From positions 114,610 through 178,609 of the IMG/VR virus record IMGVR_UViG_3300036766_000416: a DNA stretch of 64,000 nucleotides, one strand, 5' to 3'. Made by a program: the position numbers and the translations under genes. The stretch's first letter is position 1, and each line of letters opens with the position of its first letter. Below, one piece after another: positions 18,300 to 26,411 of the stretch. The stretch is from a virus. A model generated the notes under the pieces. That model was given only the letters and a program-made list of their open reading frames with translations. It did not search any database and was not told where the DNA came from.

Positions 18300-18823
18300 T
18301 GAAACATCATATTATCCCCCTTCATGAATGGAAGAAAAGGTTCAATCCAAAGGCTACAAGGGCTGATAAAGAATTGAACGCTCCCGACAATGTTGTTGTT
18401 CTCACAATAGAGCAACATGCTCAGGTTCACCAATTCCTGTATGAGCAATATGGTAGGTGGGAAGATAGGCTGGCTTGGAAGGGGCTGACTGGTGGAATTG
18501 GTACAGAAAGTATTCTCGCTGAGAAGCAGCGTTTGAACGGTAGCAGATCGGGACTACTCATAAAAGGAATTCCGAAATCACAAGATCATAAAAATGCCCT
18601 AAAAAGTGCTTCCAGAAAAAGATGGGATTCGGAACAAGGTAAAAAAGAAATAGATAAAATGGCTCGCAATTATAAAGTGATTTGTCCATCTGGTTTGGTT
18701 ATGGTAATACGAAATCTCACACAATTCTGCAGAGAGCACAATCTTCCAATTCAAAACATGACTCATGTAGCCAAAGGTAAGAGAAAACATTGTAAGCACT
18801 ATTGGTGTGAGGAAATCGGATGA
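18299..18823 (+). CDS. Free-standing HNH endonuclease inserted between genes 44 and 62
   Basis: KHHIIPLH..DN...QHAQVH; C-terminal NL..FCREHNL..M..V..G; overlaps both neighbours. Confidence 0.8.
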   Translation: MKHHIIPLHEWKKRFNPKATRADKELNAPDNVVVLTIEQHAQVHQFLYEQYGRWEDRLAWKGLTGGIGTESILAEKQRLNGSRSGLLIKGIPKSQDHKNALKSASRKRWDSEQGKKEIDKMARNYKVICPSGLVMVIRNLTQFCREHNLPIQNMTHVAKGKRKHCKHYWCEEIG

Positions 18824-19221
18824 CACCCTTTGACTTTGTTCGTCAAATCAATACCGGTAAACAAGACCTGATGACCGATGACTTGTCGGAGAAGGAATAT
18901 GTCCCGTTCGTCGTGAATCGTACCTTGTCCTATGAAATGGACAGTCTGATGCAGGCCAACGAAATGAACACGCGGGCCCATTGTGACAAGAAACTCCAAT
19001 ATCACTACCTCCTGGGCACCGTCCGGTCCCGCAAGCGACCGTTTCACAAGTGGTTCAAAGCGGCCAGCGACGACGTGATCGATGATATCAAGCTATTCTA
19101 TGGGTATTCGGACAAGAGAGCCTATGAGGCACTTGAGTTGCTTACACCCGAACAACTCCAAGAAATCAGCGAAAAAACTGATCCCGGCGGCCGCGCTGGA
19201 CACAGGAAGCAGAAAGTATAA
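18820..19221 (+). CDS. 62: Clamp loader small subunit gp62
   Basis: TPFDF..IN, YVPFVVNRTLSY, QYHYLL, RKRPFHKW, YGYS..RA. Confidence 0.9.
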   Translation: MTPFDFVRQINTGKQDLMTDDLSEKEYVPFVVNRTLSYEMDSLMQANEMNTRAHCDKKLQYHYLLGTVRSRKRPFHKWFKAASDDVIDDIKLFYGYSDKRAYEALELLTPEQLQEISEKTDPGGRAGHRKQKV

Positions 19222-19224
19222 ATA
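19217..19224 (+). promoter_or_regulatory. T4 late promoter box
   Basis: Exact TATAAATA upstream of regA. Confidence 0.55.
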
Positions 19225-19268
19225 GCCATGCGATATGTCACCACTATGAGAGAAAGCGAGTTGAACGC

Positions 19269-19688
19269 ATGGAAGACATTTTCAATGGCGTCGGGGTCGA
19301 GATTGCCCTCACGACACCAGAGGATTTTCTCAAAATCCGTGAAACCCTATCCAGGATCGGCGTCTCGTCACGCAAAGAGAAGATTCTCTACCAGTCATGC
19401 CACATCCTCCACAAACGCGGTCGCTACGTTGTGCTCCATTTCAAAGAACTATTCCTTCTTGACGGCAAACCCACAGACATTACCGAAAACGACCTTGCAC
19501 GGCGCAATGCGATTGCAGGACTCCTGGCTGAATGGAAACTCTGCAGTATCCTCCACCCAGGGACCTTGGGCGCGTCAGCACCGTTGGCACAGATCAAGAT
19601 CATCGCACATAAAGAGAAAGCAGATTGGACGCTCGTGACCAAGTATACCATGGGTAGGAAAACGCTACCAACCACACAAAGCATATAA
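19269..19688 (+). CDS. regA: Translational repressor RegA
   Basis: DFLKIRETLSRIG, LYQSCHILHKRGRY..HFKELF.LDGK. Confidence 0.95.
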   Translation: MEDIFNGVGVEIALTTPEDFLKIRETLSRIGVSSRKEKILYQSCHILHKRGRYVVLHFKELFLLDGKPTDITENDLARRNAIAGLLAEWKLCSILHPGTLGASAPLAQIKIIAHKEKADWTLVTKYTMGRKTLPTTQSI

Positions 19689-19733
19689 GTTCATTTAATA
19701 CAAGTTCGCTCTATATCACATAAACAGTTTCGG

Positions 19734-20133
19734 GTGACGGATAGACCTCACTAAGTTTTCTAAAGGTCCTATAGAGGATCAAGAGTGGCATTAACAAGCC
19801 ACATGGTGCTGATGGACTGGTCGAACGGTCCCAGTGCTTGCGACCTTCAGTTCGCTCGTCAAAGGGAGTCAAGCGGTTCCTCCCCTTTCTTCTTCGGAAG
19901 TTGAGTCGTTCGACATGCCCACGGCATTCCTCGCTGCCTCAGCATAGTTTTGCCCGAAAACCTTAACTTCAAACCCACCGATGAAGCGTAGCACGAGCCG
20001 TAGGCGAGTGGATGAAGAACTTCCGAAGATGACCTTATGAAACCTCAAGTTCGGAAATGCTTTTGGGCGCTTGGAATAGTCTTGTTCATTTCGGATTAGA
20101 CGTCGAGGTCGCAAGGTCACGTTAGGAAACGTG
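19734..20133. ncRNA. Candidate structured non-coding RNA (family unknown)
   Basis: About 470 nt gap with at least six consecutive hairpins, a C(UUCG)G loop and a 10 bp long-range inverted repeat. Confidence 0.3.
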
Positions 20134-20167
20134 TAGGGATAACTCAATTTTTATTATAAAGGTTATT

Positions 20168-20464
20168 ATGTCAATGCACTACTCAATAAAACCTGGTTGC
20201 CATTACTCCAAATACTCATCAGAATCCGCTTGGTACGCATTCTACCATGATGACACCTACTCAAGTGGCTCAGGTCCATCCAAGACTTCTCAAAAATTGG
20301 CGCTGTGGCACAACAACCTCTGCACGGATTGGCCCTACCTCGGTCTCAAAGGTATGAGGCCTGAGGATATTCAGAACCACTATAAGTGTTCTGATATAGA
20401 ACTCGCTTCTGCCCTATGTTTCATTGAACGATTTTATCGAGATGTTGAAAAGAGATTTGTATGA
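20168..20464 (+). CDS. Hypothetical protein (C-terminus vaguely DUF433-like)
   Basis: ORF with RBS; GMRPEDIQNHY..SDIELASAL. Confidence 0.5.
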   Translation: MSMHYSIKPGCHYSKYSSESAWYAFYHDDTYSSGSGPSKTSQKLALWHNNLCTDWPYLGLKGMRPEDIQNHYKCSDIELASALCFIERFYRDVEKRFV

Positions 20465-21111
20465 CCATCAAGGATTTTAAGTTTCGGTTTGGTTCAGAAC
20501 TGACACGGGCTCGACGTGTTCTCAATGCTCCCTTGATCTACCTTCACAATCGTTGGGTCTGCCCCAGTGACCGAGTGATCATCAAGCACCCCGACTGTCC
20601 TCGTGGTCGGTACCGCGATGCAGATACCGTGTTGTTGTATGCCATGTTTCAAGTGTTGGTGGACTTTGTGGAAACTGAGTGCGGGAATCATTATTTCAAT
20701 CAACCACATTCACATTTCGAGACCTTTAGTCAAAAAGTTTATCGAGTAATTCAAGACCTTCCAGTGTTTCACTACCTTCTTCCACCACTTCGCAACGCTC
20801 GCCGTGGTCTCCATTATCTGAGATGGTGTATGAAGCTGACCGATCACCCGGGGCAAGCTCAGTTCGGTTGTGATGTATTCGAACTCTATCGTTTCTGGAA
20901 ACACGAGAGACCGGCGCGAGTCGAACCATTCGATGGTGGTGAACAGTTCACAGAAGAACGAAGGAATATGGAACCAGGTCACTACCTCGATTTTTCGCCA
21001 GAATATTCGGCATTTTTGAAACAAGCTGGAGAAATTGAGGATAAATATATTGAGGAAGATACAAGAATGTTGACGCAACTGGTTAAGATTAGGGGAGGTC
21101 TTTGGACATGA
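20461..21111 (+). CDS. Hypothetical protein
   Basis: 216 aa ORF with overlapping start/stop on both sides. Confidence 0.6.
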   Translation: MTIKDFKFRFGSELTRARRVLNAPLIYLHNRWVCPSDRVIIKHPDCPRGRYRDADTVLLYAMFQVLVDFVETECGNHYFNQPHSHFETFSQKVYRVIQDLPVFHYLLPPLRNARRGLHYLRWCMKLTDHPGQAQFGCDVFELYRFWKHERPARVEPFDGGEQFTEERRNMEPGHYLDFSPEYSAFLKQAGEIEDKYIEEDTRMLTQLVKIRGGLWT

Positions 21112-21590
21112 GCCAACTAAGCCCGCATTTTTCATTGAGGGAACTGACACGATCTGATACCGCACTGAGACTGGGTATAGACAATCTTCCAACAGAAGAG
21201 CACTTGAAGAATCTTGTGCTGGTCTGTCACCATATACTAGAGCCAGTTCGCGCAAAGTTCGGAGTGGTCCGAATCAATTCTGGGTACCGGTCACTCGCAC
21301 TGAACATGTCCATAAACCCTATGACGACCACACTCACTAGGTTATCTAGGCACTGCACGGGGCAAGCAGCAGACTTTGAGGTGGATGGGGTTTCGAACGT
21401 AGTAGTCGCCGAATGGTGTCGAGACAATCTCCCTGAGTATCAACAAATTATTTTGGAATTTTATACTCCAGGTCAACCAAACTCTGGATGGGTGCACGGA
21501 GCATATGTGGTCGGACAGCAGAAAAAAGAGTGTCTGACAGCGGTGAAGGTGAATGGAAAAACAACATATCTATTAGGATTACAACCATGA
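21108..21590 (+). CDS. Peptidase M15-family endolysin (start 21108)
   Basis: LSPHFSLREL..S, SGYRS, SRHCTGQAADF, WVH. Confidence 0.85.
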   Translation: MSQLSPHFSLRELTRSDTALRLGIDNLPTEEHLKNLVLVCHHILEPVRAKFGVVRINSGYRSLALNMSINPMTTTLTRLSRHCTGQAADFEVDGVSNVVVAEWCRDNLPEYQQIILEFYTPGQPNSGWVHGAYVVGQQKKECLTAVKVNGKTTYLLGLQP

Positions 21591-21605
21591 ATAAGAAAAG
21601 GAATA

Positions 21606-21959
21606 GTGATGCATCCGTATCATGATGTAAAAAACTTTGTTGAGATCAGTGGTGCCCGAGACCCTGTATTGTATGAGAAATTGATTGGAGAGGAATATAA
21701 AGAATTTCTCGCTGCCAAGACCGATGACAATAAATTGCAAGAGGCCTCCGATCTTATCTGGGTATTATATGGTTACTGTATCACTCGTGGATGGGACGTT
21801 GATGGTGCCTGGCAAGAATTGACGAAAGCGAACATGGCGAAGATACAAGTTGATCCTACCACTGGGCAATTGAAACGCCGTGCTGATGGAAAAATTTTGA
21901 AACCCGCCGGCTGGGTGAAGCCGGATATGATACCGTTTCTTAACATTACGAAGGAGTGA
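21606..21959 (+). CDS. MazG-like/PRA-PH nucleotide pyrophosphohydrolase
   Basis: LIGEEYKEF, QEASDLIWV, NMAK, DGKILKPAGW. Confidence 0.8.
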   Translation: MMHPYHDVKNFVEISGARDPVLYEKLIGEEYKEFLAAKTDDNKLQEASDLIWVLYGYCITRGWDVDGAWQELTKANMAKIQVDPTTGQLKRRADGKILKPAGWVKPDMIPFLNITKE

Positions 21960-22297
21960 ACATCATGGGGGATATCAAGTTAATTGTGCTCAACAATGGG
22001 CTTCAAATTATGGGTGAGATCGTGAGTACCGACGCAGGTGACGCATCGATCCATAGCCAAGGTAAAGTTCTGGTTGTCAATCCGGTCAGTGTGGTAATGG
22101 TACCTAACAAGACCCCTGGTCAACATCAGGCGCAGATTGGTTTCGGATCGTTTCTGGAGTATGTCGAAGAATACAAAACTGGTATCCCACTGCATGTGAC
22201 CGACATCCTGACAGTGGTCACACCGGTACAGGATTTGCTCAATCACTACAAGACCCTGTTCTCTGGTCTCGTGCTACCTCCTGGGATTAACGGTTGA
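21956..22297 (+). CDS. Conserved T4-like hypothetical protein upstream of gp43
   Basis: IKLIVLNNGLQIMGEI..NPV..LLNHYK.LFSGLVLP pattern and position. Confidence 0.6.
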   Translation: MNIMGDIKLIVLNNGLQIMGEIVSTDAGDASIHSQGKVLVVNPVSVVMVPNKTPGQHQAQIGFGSFLEYVEEYKTGIPLHVTDILTVVTPVQDLLNHYKTLFSGLVLPPGING

Positions 22298-22322
22298 CAA
22301 TTCTCAGTGAATGTGTTATCAT
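22294..22322 (+). promoter_or_regulatory. sigma70-type promoter of gene 43A
   Basis: TTGACA, 17 nt, TG-extended TATCAT; ATG 5 nt downstream. Confidence 0.7.
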
Positions 22323-22327
22323 AGTCC

Positions 22328-23851
22328 ATGTCCAAGCCTTTCTACACCAATGTCTCGGTGAGCGGAAACCACGTCTACTATCGTGGTATCGAAAACGGTC
22401 GTCGGGTGCAGCGGAAACTCTCCTATGCCCCGACGCTCTTTGTGCCTTCAAAGACCCCCAACACCACAGTCACCTGGAAAGACCTGCAAGGTAACCCTGT
22501 TGAACCAATGAAGTTCACGTCGATCTACGACGCCAAAGATTTCATCAAACGGTACAAGGACGTTAAAGGGTTCACGATCTACGGACAGCAAAACTTTGCG
22601 ACGGCTTTCATTGCAGAACAGCACCCCGAAGAAATTATGGAATGGGACCTTGCCCATGTGGTGACCGCGTACATCGATATCGAAGTCGATACTGAGTACC
22701 GAATGCCAGACGTCGATACCTGCCTGAATCCCATCACTGCTGTCACTATCAAATTTTCCAACGACCCCCAGTATCATGTGTTTGGCTGCAATCAGTATAC
22801 CCCTCACCGTCCCGATATCACCTGGTATCAGTGTGTCGATGAGTGTAACCTTGTAACCCGCTTTATGTCACTGTGGCGCGACAGAGCCCCTGATATCATT
22901 ACTGGGTGGAGTGTCAAGACCTTCGATATTCCCTACCTCGTCGGACGTATCATCATGTTGTTAGGTGAGGATCAAGCTCAGTGGTTGTCACCATGGGGGA
23001 AGGTGAACCGTCGTGAAGAAAAATCAAAGTTCGGGAAACCAATTACTACGTACCAACTTTTGGGTATTTCCACTCTTGACTATTTTCAACTCTACAACAA
23101 GTATGCCCCCAAGTCGAACCAAGAATCCTACAAGTTAGACTACATCGCTCATGTGGAATTGGGTGAACGCAAAGTCAACTATGAAGAACATGAAACACTT
23201 CACAACCTTTATCGAGACAATTTTCAAAAATTTATTGAGTATAACATTCATGACGTCGAGTTAGTGGAAATGCTCAATGCCAAGGGACGCCTTGTTGATA
23301 TGGCTGTCTTGCTTGCCTACGACAACAAGACGAACTATGAAGATGCGTTTTTTCAGGTACGTATGTGGGATGCGATCACCTACAATCACCTGAACCGAAA
23401 GTATATTGTGATACCTCCCAAAAAGGGAGAGGAAAAAGACGAAGCGTATGAGGGTGCGTATGTCAAGGACCCACAGACAGGTCTCTTTGAGTGGTTGATG
23501 AGTCTGGACTTGGATAGCTTGTACCCCCATTTGATTATGCAATATAACTTGTCACCCGAAACATTGATCGACCCCAAGAACTATACACCTGCTATGAAAG
23601 CGGTGTTGGAACAGGGGGTATCCGTAAACGCTTTGCTCCAGCAAAAGATCACCCTTGATGGTCTTGAAGGGTGTACGCTGACCCCCAATGGACAATTTTT
23701 TGATACCACTCGGGTTGGATTTCTTTCTGAGATTATGGATACCATGTATGCCGCTAGGGTACACTACAAAAATAAGCAACTCGAATTAGAACTAGAACTT
23801 GAGGAGATTAAGGGGGAAATGATGCGGCGAGGAACTAACTTTCCTAAATAG
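22328..23851 (+). CDS. 43A: Family B DNA polymerase, N-terminal subunit (gp43A: exonuclease, motif A, first fingers helix)
   Basis: YIDIEV (ExoI), GWSVKTFDIPY (ExoII), YNIHDV (ExoIII), YEGAYV, SLDLDSLYP (motif A); stops in the fingers region. Confidence 0.93.
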   Translation: MSKPFYTNVSVSGNHVYYRGIENGRRVQRKLSYAPTLFVPSKTPNTTVTWKDLQGNPVEPMKFTSIYDAKDFIKRYKDVKGFTIYGQQNFATAFIAEQHPEEIMEWDLAHVVTAYIDIEVDTEYRMPDVDTCLNPITAVTIKFSNDPQYHVFGCNQYTPHRPDITWYQCVDECNLVTRFMSLWRDRAPDIITGWSVKTFDIPYLVGRIIMLLGEDQAQWLSPWGKVNRREEKSKFGKPITTYQLLGISTLDYFQLYNKYAPKSNQESYKLDYIAHVELGERKVNYEEHETLHNLYRDNFQKFIEYNIHDVELVEMLNAKGRLVDMAVLLAYDNKTNYEDAFFQVRMWDAITYNHLNRKYIVIPPKKGEEKDEAYEGAYVKDPQTGLFEWLMSLDLDSLYPHLIMQYNLSPETLIDPKNYTPAMKAVLEQGVSVNALLQQKITLDGLEGCTLTPNGQFFDTTRVGFLSEIMDTMYAARVHYKNKQLELELELEEIKGEMMRRGTNFPK

Positions 23852-23867
23852 TGCGTTGGGAAGGGAG
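23839..23867 (+). promoter_or_regulatory. Late-promoter core plus RBS-sequestering hairpin of the HEG
   Basis: TAAATA at 23845-23850; CTTTCCTAA (23839-47) can pair with TTGGGAAGG (23856-64), overlapping the AAGGGAG RBS. Confidence 0.45.
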
Positions 23868-23875
23868 AATTTCAT

Positions 23876-24580
23876 ATGTATTATTTGATTTATAAGACGG
23901 TTAACCGTCATAATGGAAAGTATTATATTGGTTCCCACGAGACCTGTAACCCATACGATTCTTATTTGGGGTCGGGTACAATACTTAGGCGTGCAATAAA
24001 GAAATATGGTAAGAGAAATTTTACAAAATTCATTATAGAGTTCTGCGACACTAGAGATATAATGTATGAGCGGGAAAGGGAATTGGTAGAAGTTGCCAGG
24101 AAAGATGAAAGAAGTTATAATGTAAATGTGGGAGGTTCTGGTGGATGGAATTTTGTGAATGAAAGTGGAACGAATCTAGGTTTGGGCAACCCCATGCATC
24201 AACAAAATGCAAAGAAAGCGGTGTCCGTTGCGATAAAATCTAATTGGGCAAAAAATCGCCCAAAGTATTTGAAAATTTCTTTGGATAATCTTTCTAAAGC
24301 CAACAATGTTGGCGTCATAAGAAGCGCATACACTCGTAAACTTATATCAGAAAACAATAGAAAAATGTGGAATAATCCTGTAATTCGAGAGAAAATTTTG
24401 TATGCTAATCGCACAAAATTTGAAATATTATCTCCTGGTGGAGAGATTTTTCATACTGACCAATTGGAAAAATTTTGCATCGACCGAGGCCTAACTTACG
24501 TATCAATATGGGACACTATTCGTCGTAAAAGGCCAGTGAAGAAAGGTCGATCAAAGGGGTGGATGTGCAAAAAGATTTAA
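23876..24580 (+). CDS. GIY-YIG (Seg-like) homing endonuclease between 43A and 43B
   Basis: LIYKTVNRHNGKYYIGSH, YLGSG, YERE, YNVNVGGSGG, C-terminal FC..GL....KGW.C. Confidence 0.88.
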   Translation: MYYLIYKTVNRHNGKYYIGSHETCNPYDSYLGSGTILRRAIKKYGKRNFTKFIIEFCDTRDIMYERERELVEVARKDERSYNVNVGGSGGWNFVNESGTNLGLGNPMHQQNAKKAVSVAIKSNWAKNRPKYLKISLDNLSKANNVGVIRSAYTRKLISENNRKMWNNPVIREKILYANRTKFEILSPGGEIFHTDQLEKFCIDRGLTYVSIWDTIRRKRPVKKGRSKGWMCKKI

Positions 24581-24705
24581 CTTCTATATCAGATAAGGAA
24601 CTCCAGCGCCTTCGTAAGGAGAAAGAGTTTGAAATTTCACGCTATAGGAATCTCCAATTAGCGAAGAAAGTAGGACTCAACTCTGCTTACGGGGCGCTGG
24701 GTTAG
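24565..24705 (+). CDS. 43B: DNA polymerase gp43B, first 46 codons (second fingers helix and motif B); missed by the ORF track
   Basis: AAGGGG RBS, then GTG: MQKDLTSISDKELQRLRKEKEFEISRYRNLQLAKKVGLNSAYGALG, then TAG. Confidence 0.85.
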   Translation: MQKDLTSISDKELQRLRKEKEFEISRYRNLQLAKKVGLNSAYGALG

Positions 24706-25730
24706 GTTCTGAATACTTCAGGTTCTTTGATATCCGTATTGCCGAGGGTGTCACACTAGCAGGTCAGTTGGGTATCCGCTGGATTGGAAACAGACTGAAT
24801 GGGTTCCTCAATACCCTTTTGAAAACTACCGAGGTGGACTATGTGATTGCCAGTGATACGGACTCGGTATACCTACATCTCGCACCGCTAGTGTGTCGTG
24901 TGTTTAAGGACACCACAGATACCCAAAAAGTCATTGACTTTCTTGATAAAGTGTTCAAGGAAAAAATCAAAGGTTTCATCGAAATGAACTATACGGAGCT
25001 TGCTAAATACACCCATGCGTATGCCCAGAAGATGCGTATGAAGCGTGAATCTCTGGCGAACAAAGGCATCTGGACAGCCAAGAAACGCTATATCCTGAAC
25101 GTGTGGGATTCAGAGGGTGTTCGGTATAAAAAACCCAAGATGGTCATTCACGGTCTGGAGGCGATCAAATCTTCGACACCTGGCGCCTGCCGAGAGAAGA
25201 TCAAAGAGGCATTGACGATCATCATGAATGGTACCGAAAATGAACTCATCGAACATATTGAAAAATTTCGTGTGTCATTCAAGACCCTCCCCATTGCTGA
25301 CATCGCATTCCCTCGTGGTATGAATGACCTAGAAAAATGTGACAGTGATGAATGCAATGATTCAACCAGTGCGTTGTCGTTCGATGATTCGTCAACAGCC
25401 GACCGACAAATTTATGAAAACCGTACACCCATCCACGTCAAGGGTGCGCTCGTGTATAATAGGTTTTTGAAACAAATGAAACTTGATACGCAATATGAAA
25501 CCCTGCGTTCGGGTGAAAAACTGAAATTTGTGTACCTCAAGGAACCCAATATTTTTCGAGAATCAGTTATGTCGTTCCTGGTGCGCGTACCCAAAGAATT
25601 CCACCTGGAAACCTGTGTGGACTATGACCTCATGTTCACCAAGGCCTTCCTTGATCCCCTCAATATTGTCTTGAAATGTATTGGGTGGTCAGCCGAGAAG
25701 AAATCTACACTAGATGATTTTTTTGGATAG
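24705..25730 (+). CDS. 43B: DNA polymerase gp43B, remainder (palm motif C and thumb), in a different frame
   Basis: GSEYFRFFDIRIAEGVTLAGQ continues motif B; ASDTDSVY (motif C); KKRYILNV; C-terminal clamp-binding STLDDFFG. Confidence 0.9.
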   Translation, partial: GSEYFRFFDIRIAEGVTLAGQLGIRWIGNRLNGFLNTLLKTTEVDYVIASDTDSVYLHLAPLVCRVFKDTTDTQKVIDFLDKVFKEKIKGFIEMNYTELAKYTHAYAQKMRMKRESLANKGIWTAKKRYILNVWDSEGVRYKKPKMVIHGLEAIKSSTPGACREKIKEALTIIMNGTENELIEHIEKFRVSFKTLPIADIAFPRGMNDLEKCDSDECNDSTSALSFDDSSTADRQIYENRTPIHVKGALVYNRFLKQMKLDTQYETLRSGEKLKFVYLKEPNIFRESVMSFLVRVPKEFHLETCVDYDLMFTKAFLDPLNIVLKCIGWSAEKKSTLDDFFG

Positions 25731-25781
25731 CAGCTTCTTTAGTTTGTCATAATGATCTATTTAGCAACGGAGGTTCTTCTC

Positions 25782-26018
25782 ATGACTCCTGTAAAGGATG
25801 GTTTCAAAATTGTCGATATGCCCAAACTGGACTATAAGGGTAGGGTACTCTGTAACCGCTGTGGTATCGAGTGTGACAGTGACCAGTTACTCTACGCGAG
25901 ACCTCTCGAAGGTTTCAAGAGCAAGTACCTATCCTGGTACTGCCCGACCTGGAATTGCCATGGTCACCTGAGTAGTGGAGTTTATTTTCTGTCAACTTCG
26001 ACTCTCACCGAGGGTTGA
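25782..26018 (+). CDS. Small Cys-containing hypothetical protein (possible zinc ribbon)
   Basis: GGAGG RBS; CNRC and C..WNC. Confidence 0.5.
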   Translation: MTPVKDGFKIVDMPKLDYKGRVLCNRCGIECDSDQLLYARPLEGFKSKYLSWYCPTWNCHGHLSSGVYFLSTSTLTEG

Positions 26019-26043
26019 CTTTACTCATCAACTGTGCTATAAT
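26015..26043 (+). promoter_or_regulatory. sigma70-type promoter
   Basis: TTGACT, 17 nt, TG-extended TATAAT. Confidence 0.7.
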
Positions 26044-26054
26044 CGAAAGGATCA

Positions 26055-26408
26055 ATGATGAAATTCACATACGAAGAAATTGCGGAAATCTGTCACGAGA
26101 ATAACCGAGCGTATTGCCATGCGTTTGGCGACTACTCGCAACCAGCATGGAAGTATGTGCCCCAAGAAATCAAGGATTCGATTGTCAACGGTGTCGAATT
26201 TCACCTGGCGAATCCTGATGCCAGCCCCGAAGCATCGCACAAGCAATGGGTCAAAATCAAGCTAGAAAATAAGTGGAAGGTGGGTCCTGTTAAGGACGTG
26301 AAGAAAAAAGAGCATCCAAACTTGAGACCCTACAGCGAATTGTCAGACGTAGAGCGCGGAAAGGACATTATTTTCTCCGCGTTGGTTAATACTCTCAAAG
26401 GAATCTAG
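26055..26408 (+). CDS. RyR-domain protein
   Basis: IAEICHE, SHKQW...KW..GPVKD..KKEHPNLRPYSEL...KD. Confidence 0.75.
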   Translation: MMKFTYEEIAEICHENNRAYCHAFGDYSQPAWKYVPQEIKDSIVNGVEFHLANPDASPEASHKQWVKIKLENKWKVGPVKDVKKKEHPNLRPYSELSDVERGKDIIFSALVNTLKGI

Positions 26409-26411
26409 AAT

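Noticed and set aside
19803-19850. tRNA/tmRNA-like 3' end on the minus strand (GTTCGACC...CAGCACCA)
   Set aside because: The T-stem is imperfect, and no matching acceptor 5' strand, D-arm or anticodon arm lies at a suitable distance; there is no Ala G3-U70 identity.
19869-20147. 92 aa minus-strand ORF
   Set aside because: TTG start, no clear SD, no recognisable motif, against the local gene direction. Kept only as an alternative to the ncRNA idea.
23851-24705. Group I intron interrupting gene 43
   Set aside because: The HEG ORF fills almost the whole gap, leaving no room for P3-P9. The segment 24565-24702 encodes essential motif B, so it cannot be intronic. The 5 nt insert cannot give both a U-ending exon and a G-ending intron.
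24703-24705. TAG reassigned to an amino acid (alternative genetic code)
   Set aside because: Readthrough stays in the wrong frame (VLNTSGSLISVLPRVSH then stop), and TAG terminates normal genes such as 43A and 44.
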